NCBI GenBank assembly: GCA_052055015.1
Contig: JBQJIT010000022.1
DNA: 59,531 nt
DNA from: Malassezia furfur
Lineage: Eukaryota
Strand: one strand, 5' to 3'
The position numbers and the translations under genes are program-made. Positions 33,919-45,082 of this stretch are shown in pieces (position 1 is the first letter of the stretch; each line of letters opens with the position of its first letter). The notes under the pieces are model-generated. The model ran no database searches. It saw only the letters and a program-made list of their open reading frames with translations, and was not told where the DNA came from.

Positions 33919-34577
33919 ATTCGCGCAAGACAGGCACCAGCTATCAAGGTACTAGTGAGGGGAAGCCCTGTTTAGTCAGATGACCCGTGGGGAAGGTAGA
34001 GGTGTGGAGCACAAAAAGATACGGGCTTATTGACCCTAGCGCGCGTGGCGAGAGGGGCACGGCCAGGCTTTTGATAAAGCTGCGACTCAACGTGCGGAAC
34101 CACTGGCTCGAGCGTGGTCATTTGTAAACGCGAGCGGCCAAACGTGTGGCGCTAGTTCGAGCGTGATTGGGGATCAATGTGGGTATAGGACGGGAGTCGA
34201 ATCCTACTTGCCAATCGGCATGGGCTGTGTGAGCGAGCACGCCTGTGTTCAAAAGCACGCCGCGAGACTATGACCTAGGCGTAGTGTGTCGCAGCCAGAG
34301 GGTGCTGCCCTCGGAACATAGTTGCGATGGTAATATTTTAGGACACGCGCAATGCATTCGAGGAGAGAGAATGACGCATTGCCAGTCTACATTCTGTCAC
34401 TGCAAATGCGCGAGCGTGAACCACGTCTTTCCCCTCCCCCAGTGCGGTGAACAACCACCCCAGCGACACTAAGCGCACGGGGCACCCAGCCGGCAGCGAG
34501 GCGTTGAATTTCGAAATATTTTCTAAATACGGCGATCCACACCTTGGCAACCCACCGACTGTGGATAGGTTAGGACG

Positions 34578-35322
34578 ATGTCGACACGTAAGAAAGTCTT
34601 GCTGAAGGTGCGTATTCCCCGTATCACTGGGCCGCATACTCACACAATTCCTTACAGGTCATCGTATGTATCGTGCGCTAACCCAAGATCCTCGGTGACT
34701 CAGGGTACGTTCATCTACGCACTTACCCAGTGTCGGCAAGACGTCATTGATGAACCAATGTGCGTGCTAAACCTCTCACACAGACGTCAACAAGCGTTTC
34801 TCCGCGGCATACAAGGCAACGATCGGTGCCGACTTCCTTACGCGCGAGGTTATGGTGGACGGTCGCCTGGTTACGATGCAGCTGTGGGACACGGCGGGCC
34901 AGGAGCGCTTCCAGTCGCTGGGTGTTGCGTTCTACCGGGGCGCAGACTGCTGTGTGCTTGTGTACGATGTGAATAACCCCAAGTCTTTCGAGGCGCTCGA
35001 CAGCTGGCGCGACGAGTTCCTGATCCAAGCGAGTCCACACGACCCCGACAACTTCCCGTTCGTGGTGCTGGGCAACAAGATCGATATGGAGGAGAGCAAG
35101 CGTGTGGTGTCGCAGAAGCGTGCGATGACGTGGTGCCAGAGCAAAGGCAACATTCCCTACTTTGAGACGTCCGCCAAGGAGGCGATCAACGTCGAACAAG
35201 CGTTCCAGACGATCGCTAGGAACGCCTTGCAGCAAGAAGCGGAGGCGGAGCTCTATGCAGACTACCCCGACCCCATCAGGATTGACTCGGCGAACCCGAG
35301 ATCCTCGGGGTGCAACTGTTAG
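34578..35322 (+). CDS. YPT7: Rab7 GTPase, 5 exons
   Basis: [50 protein letters not shown] and C-terminal CxC. Introns 34608-34657, 34664-34687, 34705-34730 and 34760-34783. Confidence 0.97.
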
Positions 35323-35335
35323 ATGTAGTACGCGA

Positions 35336-36517
35336 TCAAATGCCTGCAGCCTTCTTGACTTCGTCGGCAAAGGACACGCCTTCGTCGCTGGGCGTGTTGG
35401 TCTCACCGACCTCCCAGCGGCGCAGGCCGACGACCTGCACACTGTCGGGTGCATCGCCGAACGACTGGCCCCATGTCTGTAGCACCTCTTGCACTGTCGA
35501 CTCCTCCGACGGCTTTTCGACGCCCGCGCTCGGGAGGAGCATCGCAAACGGCTGCGCCAGCAGCGCGGTGCTGGGCTCATCGGACGCCGTGCCCTCCTCG
35601 GCACGGATGCACGTCGTGGGGAAACCAGCGGCCTGGCGCGCGAGGGAGCGCAGCAGCGCGCGCGACGCGGCGTGAGCGGGGTCATTGGCGTCGACGCGCT
35701 GTGCCGCCTCGGCGACGCGGCCGGCGAAACGCGCAAGGAGGAGTGCTGCGACGCGGCCGCTCGCAAACGTTGCCTGCGTCGGTGCGGAGGGCGCTGCGAC
35801 CGAGGCACCAGCGCCGTGCGCAAACGAGCCAGTAACGAGCGTGCTCTTCGGCTCGTTCTCGCACAGTACGCACGCGGCGCGGGTCAGGGCGATCTTTTCG
35901 CCGAGGCGCGCGACCACCTCGGTAATGGCGGAGCGCACCGTGCGGACATCGGTGGAGGCCGTAGTCGCGGTGTCGTACGGCATGAGCGGGCAGTCGAGCA
36001 GGGTGTCGGGTGCAATGTCCTGGACGATCTCCTGGCCAGTGCCCTGGGCGAACACTGGGTACCAGGCGACGGTGTGCGCAATGTCGCGGGCGAGCGCGCC
36101 GAACAGCTCGTTACGCGCGACAAAGTCGGTTTCGCAGTTGAGCTCGACGATGCCGGAGCGCGCCGTCGACGCCTGCAGGCCGTCGGTGAGGGTGCACAGA
36201 CCAATGATGCCCTCCGAGGTGGTGCGCGACGCGACCTTTGCGACGCGTTTCGCGCCCTCCTCCTTGCGGTTCTGTTCGAGCCATTGTATGGCCGCCGCGA
36301 CGTCGTCCGTGTCGGGCGCGCTGGGCGAGCGCGAGGCGACGAGGGCCTCGCGTGCCTTGATGAGGGACGTGCCAGGCACGGCGCGGCGGAGCTCGGCGAT
36401 GGCCTGAATCGAGGGGCGGGCCGGCTCACAAGTACGTGAGGAGGTGGTGAGGAAGCGGGGCGAGTGTGCGCGCGCGAGTGTGCGCGCCACGGGCGGCAGC
36501 CGCAGTCCACGAAGCAT
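35336..36517 (-). CDS. TSF1: Mitochondrial elongation factor Ts
   Basis: Presequence MLRGLRLPP..., IAELRR...KAREAL, SEGIIG, VELNCETDFVARN, RRWEVGE and SFADEV. Confidence 0.9.
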   Translation of the reverse strand: MLRGLRLPPVARTLARAHSPRFLTTSSRTCEPARPSIQAIAELRRAVPGTSLIKAREALVASRSPSAPDTDDVAAAIQWLEQNRKEEGAKRVAKVASRTTSEGIIGLCTLTDGLQASTARSGIVELNCETDFVARNELFGALARDIAHTVAWYPVFAQGTGQEIVQDIAPDTLLDCPLMPYDTATTASTDVRTVRSAITEVVARLGEKIALTRAACVLCENEPKSTLVTGSFAHGAGASVAAPSAPTQATFASGRVAALLLARFAGRVAEAAQRVDANDPAHAASRALLRSLARQAAGFPTTCIRAEEGTASDEPSTALLAQPFAMLLPSAGVEKPSEESTVQEVLQTWGQSFGDAPDSVQVVGLRRWEVGETNTPSDEGVSFADEVKKAAGI

Positions 36518-36608
36518 GACCAAGCGCAGCGGAGGAAGCAGGGCGTCCTTCGCGGTGCAAATCACGTGGGACCTTTCTCCCGAGTTGGCGACACTCCACG
36601 CGCGGCCG

Positions 36609-39600
36609 ATGAGCGAGGCAACCTTGGAGCGGCTCGGCGCGGCCCAGAAGCTGATTGCCAAGTGGTGCCAGCCGGGCGCGCTGGCGCTTCCGGACATCAA
36701 GGCGCGGCTGCGTACGTTGTGCTGTTTTTTGCTGACGCAGCTCCGCGCGATGCGCCGTACGAAGAGCACACGCAGGCGGACGACCCGTGGGCGTCCTTTA
36801 GCGTGCTGCGGCGCCTGCCGATTCCGAGCACCGTCTTTGAGACGATCACGAGCCGCGCGCCCGTGGCGACGCTGTCGCTCTTCCCTGCGATCGGGCGTGC
36901 GTGCATCACGGTCGAGAACCGCGTGTACTTGTGGGACTATGCGAACGGGCAGACCGCGTTTGAGTACCACGAGCTGCCCGAGGACCAGGTGGTGCTCGCC
37001 GCGGGCTTTGTGGCTGCAAAACCGGGCGTGTTCATCCCCGAGATCCAGCACGTCCTCGTGCTGTCGACCGGCGCCAACGCCGTCGAGGGCCGGCGCGTGT
37101 CGATCCTCGGCGTGTCGCTGACCGCCGAGGGCGGCGTGAAGCTGTACGAGACGGCGATGAGCGCCAACACGAACGGCGTCGTGATGCGTGACGTGCAAGG
37201 CACAGACGCCGGGCGCGTGTTCATGGTCGGCAGCGACTCGTGTGTGTACGAGCTGGTGTACCAGGCGACGGAGGGGTGGTTCAGCTCGCGGTGCTACCTG
37301 TACAACGTGACGCTGCCGCGCCTGTCGAACCTGCTCCCCTCCTTCTTCAAGTCCGAAAAGAAGCTGCAGTTCCTCACGGTCGACTCGGCGCGCAGCCTGC
37401 TGTACGTGCTGCGCCAGGGCGACCAGATCGACGTCTACTCGCTGCCGTCGCAAGACTCGTCGCGCGCGCCGGTGCACACGGGCAGCATGTACGGTGTGAC
37501 GCACCAGGCGGGCCTGCTGCACTCGCAGCAAGAGGTCGGCCCGATCGTCTGGCTCGGGGCCACCGAGCCGGACACGCGCACCAACGTGTGCCTCATCGCG
37601 GTCACCGAGAAGGGCCACCGCATCTACTTTGACGACTTCCAGCGGCGCAGCTGGGCGCAGCTCGCGGTGCGCATCCCCCCCGGCGGCGCGCGTGCGCAGC
37701 CCACGCTCACGCACGCGCCCGGCGTGCCGCTGCTGAGCGGCATGCGCGTGCAGGCCGCGCCGACGCTGCGCAAGGTCACCAACGCGTTCTATGCGAGCGG
37801 CGTCTTTTTCGAGACGCTCAGTGCGCCCGATACCGGCCCGCAGCTGTACGGCGTCGCGACCGGCACGCCGACGTCGTACGCAGGCGCCGCGAGCGCCGTG
37901 AGCGCCTGGCAGGAGAGCGCGACGCTCCTGCCGCTCGGCCCGGGCGGCAGTCCGCCGGTGCTGGCCGAGGTCGATGCGCGCGTCGCGCGCCGGCAGAATA
38001 GCGAGGCGAACGGTGCGACGACGCGGCCGTGCGCTGCAGAGAACATGAGTCTGCCGCGCGTCTTTCTCGTGCTCGACTCCAACGGGCTCACCGAGGTCGT
38101 CGAGCGGCGCCCGGCCGACATCCTCGCGAGTCTGCTGGCCGGCAGCCTGGGCGGCACGCACGGCAGCGGCGTCGCGTCGGCCGCGCCGCCGATCCTCGAC
38201 TTCTTCAACCGGTACGGCTCCATCGAGGCGTCCATGACCGCGCTGGCACTCGCCGCGCGCAACACGCACCTCACGACGCTGCCCGCGCACCTCGGCGCGC
38301 TCGACGTGCGCACCATCTCGGACGAGGTGCAGGCGCACGCGATCCGCGTCTTCTTTGGGCCGCTTGGGTCGTGGCCTGCCGACTCGCGCATGCCGACGAC
38401 GCTCGTGTCGTCCAAGTCGTCGCGCTTCGAGGCGCTTGCATGCTACCTCGCGACGCTCGTGCGCCGTGTCTGGACGCAGCGCCTCGTCCCGGACGCGTGG
38501 CTCGACGCGAAAAAGGCCAAGGGCACCACCCCGGCGCCCAACCCGCTGCTCCAGCACGGCGAGCTGCAGGCGGCGCTGCGCGAGCTCGGCCCGCTGTGCG
38601 CATTCATGCAGCGCCACTCGCAGCTGTTTGAGCTGGGCGCCTCGAGCGAGCCGCGCGCGGCGCCGGCGCCTGTCGGTGCGCCGCCGCAGCCGAGCGAGCG
38701 CGACGACCTGCTGCGCCTGCAGGCGCTCGCACAGCGTACGCGCGAGGCATGCCACTTTGTGCTCTTCCTCGCGGACCACGGCCTGCCAGCGATCGTGCAG
38801 AGCGTCTCGGGCGAGACGCGCGCCAAGCTCGCGACGCTGCGCTTTGGCGACCTCGTCGCGACGGCCGACGGGAGCATCGTCGCCAACGAGCTCGTCAACG
38901 CGCTCATCGAGGAGCAGAGCGGGGCGCGCGCGAGCGTTGACGCCATCGCCGATGCGCTCCAGGAGCGCTGTGCGTCGTTCTGCAGCGCCGACGACGTGCG
39001 CCGCTACAAGGCGTCCGAGGCGCTGCGCAACGCCGTCGAAACCCACGCGCTGCTCGCCGGCGACGACCACTCGAGCGCCGCGGCCAGCGAGCGCCGCGCG
39101 CGCATCGACGACGACCTGCAGACGAGCCTGCGCCTGCTGGTCGCGAGCGCCACGCAGCTCCCGCTCGAGAAGCTGCAGCAGGTCTGCGCAACCTACCGCG
39201 AGCTGCACTTTTCGCGCGGCGTCATCACGCTCGCGCTCGCGGCCGCACGGGCGAGCGACGCGGCCGACGTCGCGCTGGCCTTCCGCGCCGACGGATGCCC
39301 CGAGGAGGTGTCGCACCGCCGCACCGTGTACCAGCAGCGCCGCGCGATGTACGCGCTCGTGCTGGACACGCTCGGCGCGCTCGACACGCAGCTCGACACC
39401 GCGAGCAACGCGTTGGTCGGCACCAAGGACGCGGCGGCGCACACGCGCGCCACCGACGCCGAAAAGGAGCGCCGCGACGCCTATGCGCTCGCGACGCAGT
39501 CCGACGACCCGCTCTTCCACGAGGAGCTCTACACGTGGCTCCTCGCGCACGGGCGCACGGGCCAACTGCTCGAGCTCCACACGCCCTTCCTCGAAGAGTT

Positions 39601-40705
39601 TTTGCAGGGCGTGCCGGTGCTGCTGAACGGCGAGTCGTACGCAACCTACGTGCGCGGGCTGCGCGACCTGCTGTGGCAGCTGCACGTGCGCCGCGGCGAC
39701 TTCTTCGCCGCGGCTCAGACGCTCGACGAGCTCGCGCACGCCGACGCCTTTGCACTCAAGCTGAGCGAGCGCATCGAGTACCTCGCGCTGGCCGTGGGCA
39801 ACGCCAAGTCGGTGCGCCCCTCGGCACAGGTACACGCGCAAGAGGTCATCGGGTTCGCCACGCAGCTCGACGAAGACTTGGAGGTCGCCCAGGTCCAGGC
39901 CAAGATCCTCGGCGCGCTCCAGCCGCTCGACACGCTCGACTGGGATGAGGAGGAAAAGGCACGGTACGCCGCGGTACTCGCCGCGCTCGACTCGGAGCTG
40001 CTCGACATCACCGCCCTGTACAAGGAGGCGGCACAGCCGTTCGGACTGCTTGAGCAGCAGCTGCTAATCCTCGCCACGGCGCAGTACCAGGACATGGAGC
40101 TCGTCGCCGACCTCTGGGATGCGCTGCTCATCCGCGAACACAATTCCAGCGACGCCGAGCATGCGCACCAGGCCGTGGCGGCAATGGTCACCGACGTGTA
40201 CACGAGCCTGGGCAGCTCCGACATTGCGTGCCCGGTCGATATTGTGCTCCCGCGACTGGAGCAGTACGCACTTGACACGCTTAGCGCCGTCGAGGGCGAC
40301 CCGATGACCGCGTCGCCGTTCCGCTGGACGGGCTTTGCGTCGCTCGGCGCGTCGCCCATCGAGGTCGGCTGGGCACCGCTCGTGCTCCTCCAAGCAGGCG
40401 CCTCGCCCGAGGCCATCTTTGACGTGCTCCAAGCGCTCATCCGCACGGCGCCCCCCCCGTGGAACACGACGCGCGGGTTCGGCTTCCTGCTCCCGGACGC
40501 CGCGGCGTACCTCGCCCAGTGGCTCGACGCCGCGCTGAAGGAGGCCAACGCGATGCCCTACTTCCCTGCCCACCGCGTCGACGAAGCGGCGAACGACTAC
40601 ATCCTGCAGCTCAACACGCGCAAGTTCCTTCGCGCCGACGACGCGCTGGACAAGCGCGTGGACCAGCTGCGCGCCGTCGTGCAGCGCCTGCAGCGCGCGT
40701 TTTAG
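36609..40705 (+). CDS. NUP170: Nucleoporin Nup155/Nup170 family
   Basis: ATG 36609, intron 36712-36740. LFPAIGRACITVENRVYLWDY, KPGVF, DPLFHEELYTWL, DLLWQL, LSERIEYLALA and LEVAQVQ. Confidence 0.92.
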
Positions 40706-40744
40706 TGTTTCATAGTCGCCCGATCATCGGGCCAAGGTCGCTTC

Positions 40745-41581
40745 ATGCGCCGACGTGCAGTGGTGAGCTACGAAGACCTGCCGCACGACACCACGGCGCT
40801 GCACCACGCCGCCGTCGAGGCGGCAGCTGCAGTGCCGGTGCCGAAAAAGCGGCGGAAGCACGAGCAGGACCAGCGGTACCACGGGCCGCACTGGGACGAC
40901 GTGTCACACAACACCACAAAACAGGCGCCCGCGTGGTCGCATGCGCACGACGACGACAACGACCAAGACCAAGACGCGTCACAGACAGCATATGACTCAG
41001 ACGATGCGATCATCGCGTCGCCCACGCACGAGGAGCCGTTCCTGGAGGACATCGAGCTGCCGAGCGGTAACGCATTGGCGTCACAGGAAATTTGGGACGA
41101 CCAGTTCCTGCTCGACGCTTGGAACGCGGCCGAGGAAGAGTATGCCGTATTCCACCATCAGCGCAGCGAGGCGATCGACGCATTCCTGGCGCAGAACAAG
41201 CAGGCACGCTGGTACTCGCTGCCGACCGCCGCCGTGCAGGACGCGGCGGCGCAGGCCGAGCGCGACGACAGCCCAACCCCCGCTCCCATCTCCACAGACA
41301 ATGCGACCACGCCCGCACCCGATACCCCGCCCGGTGCGACGCGCGGCTGGCTCGAAGCGCAGCGTATCGTCGCAGCGACGCCGAACCAGATCGGCGGTGC
41401 TCCAGCAGCCCGTGCACAGACCGACGCCGCGCCGCCGCACCCAGCTGCGCTGCCCTCGCTCGCGCTGCCGGCCGGCATGCCGGCGAGTGAGACGCTGCAG
41501 AATCTCATGATGGCATGGTACTATACAGGCTACTATTCCGCCTTGTATCAGCGAGAGCAGGACCCAGATTCACTGTCGTGA
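40745..41581 (+). CDS. SMN1: Survival motor neuron (SMN) homolog
   Basis: Gemin2-binding-type IWDDQFLLDAWNAA and YG-box LMMAWYYTGYYSALY. No Tudor domain. Confidence 0.85.
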   Translation: MRRRAVVSYEDLPHDTTALHHAAVEAAAAVPVPKKRRKHEQDQRYHGPHWDDVSHNTTKQAPAWSHAHDDDNDQDQDASQTAYDSDDAIIASPTHEEPFLEDIELPSGNALASQEIWDDQFLLDAWNAAEEEYAVFHHQRSEAIDAFLAQNKQARWYSLPTAAVQDAAAQAERDDSPTPAPISTDNATTPAPDTPPGATRGWLEAQRIVAATPNQIGGAPAARAQTDAAPPHPAALPSLALPAGMPASETLQNLMMAWYYTGYYSALYQREQDPDSLS

Positions 41582-42664
41582 GCTTCGTAGCAGACATACC
41601 ACATGCTTGGCGTTCATGAGCCACATGGCCGTTTCAAATGCGAGGAGTGCGCCGGCATTCGTGGGGAACGCGCGCAGCGCACACGTCAGGTACCCGGTAT
41701 AGATGCGGCGAATGCGCCAGGGCAGGCCGAGCACACCCTGCTCGCGCGTGGATTGGTTCGCCGGCGTCCATAGCTCGCACGCCACCTTGACCATCCCACC
41801 AAACCCTGGATAGCGTGGGTGCTGCAGCGAGTCGGCCATCAGCCGGTTCTTGACCACGTCCGCAGGGTACGCCACGAACCAGAATACCTCGGCTGCCAAC
41901 CCGCCGGAGAAGAAGGTGACACTCGCGGGCGTCAATGCCCATGCATACCATGACGAAGCGCCAGGGCGCAGCGGCTCAGCCCATTCGCTGAGCTTGCGCT
42001 GGAAATACTGGTACGACCCAAACATCGGGCCGAAACTCGAGCGGAAAATGAGCGTCGCAGGAAGCGCATGCCACAGACCCAGGAAACCAGACTGGCGCAC
42101 AATCTGGCGCGCACAGTCCAGCGTCCCGGTAAATTCGGGGCGTGCTTCGACGACGCCGCTCGAGTGCCGCAGCGTCACGCGCTGCTTCTGCATCTGTAGC
42201 TTGGTCTTGAGTAGCTCCACGGGCGTCGTCGCCAGCGAGTTCGTCCACCCTGCACCCATACCGGCAAGCGTTTGGTAACCGATAGGCAGTTGGTTATCGC
42301 CCTTGCCAGGTTCGCGGTGCAAAATATACCGCGAAATGTACGTCCGATAGGTGTGCAGCGACCCAAGCAGAATCGAGTCGGTGAACATCCATCCGATTGC
42401 AGGAGGTACACACCCCTTGTACACACCCAGCGCGCCCTCAGAGCGTATGATGGACCGCACACAGTCCAGCATGCCCGAATATGTACCGGGCGGCGAACAT
42501 TGCAGACGGATCTTGACCGTATCCTGTCGTCAGCTTGCCACTTCGTCCACACATACAAAGGGGTGCCCAATGGCCAACTTGGTCAGGCCCGAGGCCACGC
42601 CACTCATGAACCCTTTGGCACGCTCGAGCAGTTCATTGTGCTCATCCCCGCTCGGACGCGCCAT
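41570..42664 (-). CDS. Mitochondrial carrier family protein (carnitine/ornithine/Ymc-like)
   Basis: Three signature repeats: GHPF|DTVKIRLQ, TPVELLKTKLQ and YPADVVKNRLM. Introns 42524-42556 and probably 41573-41599. Confidence 0.9.
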
Positions 42665-43071
42665 GGAGCCAGAAGGTACAGCTGGTTGGCCAATCACGTG
42701 GAGGGCATTCGTATTCGCTCCCCCGCATCGACCTCGAAGCGTGGGACTCGAGAGAGGGTCTTGCGAAGAGCCAGGTACCAAGGACCAAAGGTAGAGGGCA
42801 GAGGTGTTTATGTAGTGCGTAGCTCTACCTATTTGGGACGTGAAGGGGAACGCGGCAGATATAGAGGACTCTACTGCAAAGATGCATACGCGGTATGACC
42901 CAGGTCAACATGTGTTGTTACTGTGGTACATGCGCGCAGAGTTACCTGTAGGCATATGTTGGGAATGTACATACCACGCAGCGCTACCTTCCTCACCGGT
43001 GACGGCGGAGATCTGGCAGGCTTCGCTCCACCCCGCAGGCGTCTACGTACCCTCCACTCATTGACACTTCC

Positions 43072-44196
43072 ATGGACGAGCGCCGCACAGGCCAGGCGCC
43101 CAAGCTGTCTCTGGGCACGCCGTTCCGGCGGAGCGCCCAGGCGCCCAGTGCTGATGTATCCAAAGAAGGAGCTGTACGTGCAACCGACTCGGATGCGCTA
43201 CTTTCGCGTGTATCTGCCGTCAAGCTTGGATACGTCCCACCAGACGCTTACGCCCCTCTGTTCGTGTCGACCAGGGAGCCGCCACCCCGGCGACCCTTGC
43301 TGATCAATATCGGCACAGCTCTCCGAAGCGGGGAGGTCGACGAACGCGTCGACGCATTTTTGGCCAGTGGCTCGCTACAATTGCCGCGTCGGAGCACCGA
43401 TGTCGACCGGGTCCAGATCGTGAGCCTCGGCGCAGGGAGCGACTCACGATTCTGGCGATTGCATGAGGCAGGGGTAGGTGGTTGTGGCTTACACCAGGCA
43501 ACTGGCTTTGCGCATCTGCATCGCTATGTCGAGGTCGATTACCCGCAGATCGCATCCCATAAAAGCGCTCGGATTCGCGCCGAGTCGTCGCTGCACACCC
43601 CCCTGGGGCCCCTCCAGGAATCGAGCCTGGACGAAGTTCACGCAGAAAAGTATGTGCTGCTCGCCGAGGACTTGTATGCCTACGGGGATCAGGCACAAGA
43701 GGAGCCACTTGCACGTTTGCTTGCGCAGCTTGACACGACGCTGCCTACCCTGTTCCTATGGGAATGTGTGCTGGCCTACTTGGACCCCACGATGGCGAAC
43801 CGCTTGATGGAGCGCATTTTTGCACAGGTCCCCAACGCCTCCATTTTGTGCTACGACATGTGCGTCGGTGGTGACCATGCTGAGCTGCACGCGCCGCCCG
43901 ACCGGTTCGGCCGCGTCATGCTACAGAATCTTTCGGCGCGGCGGTTGGAGCTCGTGGGAGCGCGCAAATATACGACGCCCGAGTCGTACGCAAAACGTTT
44001 CCAGGCGCTGCTGGAGCAGACGCGGCCAGACAGCCAAGTGCACAGCGGTGCGTATTCCCTGCGGAGTGCATGGCAGACGCTCGATGCCAATGACCGCCAA
44101 CGTTTGTCGCGACTCGAGGGACTCGATGAGATGGAGGAGCTGGAGATGCTATTGGGGCACTATTGCATGAGCTGGGCCGAACGTCACAGCAACTAG
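43072..44196 (+). CDS. PPM1: Leucine carboxyl methyltransferase 1
   Basis: VRATDSDA, PLLINIGT, QIVSLGAGSDSRFW, PTLFLWECVLAY, LDEMEEL and HYC. Probable in-frame 24-nt intron at 43474-43497. Confidence 0.9.
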   Translation: MDERRTGQAPKLSLGTPFRRSAQAPSADVSKEGAVRATDSDALLSRVSAVKLGYVPPDAYAPLFVSTREPPPRRPLLINIGTALRSGEVDERVDAFLASGSLQLPRRSTDVDRVQIVSLGAGSDSRFWRLHEAGVGGCGLHQATGFAHLHRYVEVDYPQIASHKSARIRAESSLHTPLGPLQESSLDEVHAEKYVLLAEDLYAYGDQAQEEPLARLLAQLDTTLPTLFLWECVLAYLDPTMANRLMERIFAQVPNASILCYDMCVGGDHAELHAPPDRFGRVMLQNLSARRLELVGARKYTTPESYAKRFQALLEQTRPDSQVHSGAYSLRSAWQTLDANDRQRLSRLEGLDEMEELEMLLGHYCMSWAERHSN

Positions 44197-45006
44197 TCGG
44201 TATCATGGGACGCTTCGGCCGTGCCCGAGCCACGCCCGCGTTTCTTGCGCCGCCGCGACGTCTGCTGCGCGGTGGTGTGGTCCGATGGCGGCGGCTGTGT
44301 AGACTCAGGAGCCTTTTTCTGCGTCTTGGGTTTCTTGACACTGAGCGGATTCGGTGCCTTGGGCCGCTTGCGCTTGACGGGCTGCGGTGCCGGCTCGGGT
44401 TCCTCGGCCTCCGTGTCCTGCGCGAGCAGCTTGCGCTCGGTGGACGAGATGGCGGACTTGTTCGTCTCCATGTGCGCAATGTAGTGTTCTGTGACGTCGC
44501 TCATCGGCTCGAGCACAAGCACGCTTTGGGAATAATGCACGATCGGCAGACCAGGGACCACGCGCCGAAGTGCGCGGCGCAGTGGCGGCTCGTTTGCCGC
44601 GAGCATGTAACGGTGCTTGTTCGTGGGCCCGATGACCTGTTCCAGGCACGCGAGCGGTGCGAGCGGTTCGCGGTGGTTGCATTTGCGGCGCTCCCACTGC
44701 TTTGCAAGCGCAATGGCCTGGCTCGCACGTGCCTTGTCTTCCGGTGCTGCCTCCTTTTCGGCGTTGTAGAGCGCGACCATGCAGCACTGGGTGATCATCG
44801 GCTTGACTTTGGCGGCACAGAGCACATTGCCAAGCTGGTGGAGGGGGTCGTGCACCTTGTATTGAATGAGCGACTCGGCGAACGAGTTATCGACTGAGTC
44901 AGAATGCATCAGACCTACTCAGAACCTGGAACGGCTCACGGAAATGAAAGTGCAGCACATACTGGTGCACCAGCCGCTTGTACGATTTCGCGCGCTTCTG
45001 GCGCAT
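44193..45006 (-). CDS. UTP23: rRNA-processing PIN-domain protein Utp23
   Basis: MRQKRAKSYKRL...FREPFQVL|ID, KPMITQCC, RRKCNH, NKHRY and PKAPNPLSVKK. Intron 44894-44918. Confidence 0.93.
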
Positions 45007-45082
45007 GGTGGCAGAAGGTCCTTCCCCACTTTTTGTCACGTGCACGACAAACCACGCCATTGCGCGCGTCCCCTACACTTCC

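Noticed and set aside
34170..34230. tRNA B-box-like GGAGTCGAATCC
   Set aside because: I could not build an acceptor stem or cloverleaf on either strand.
35336..39841. 1501-aa minus-strand ORF that looks like a giant fusion ending in EF-Ts
   Set aside because: The first 1100 or so residues are the stop-free antisense shadow of GC-rich NUP170. The real TSF1 starts at 36517 with a presequence.
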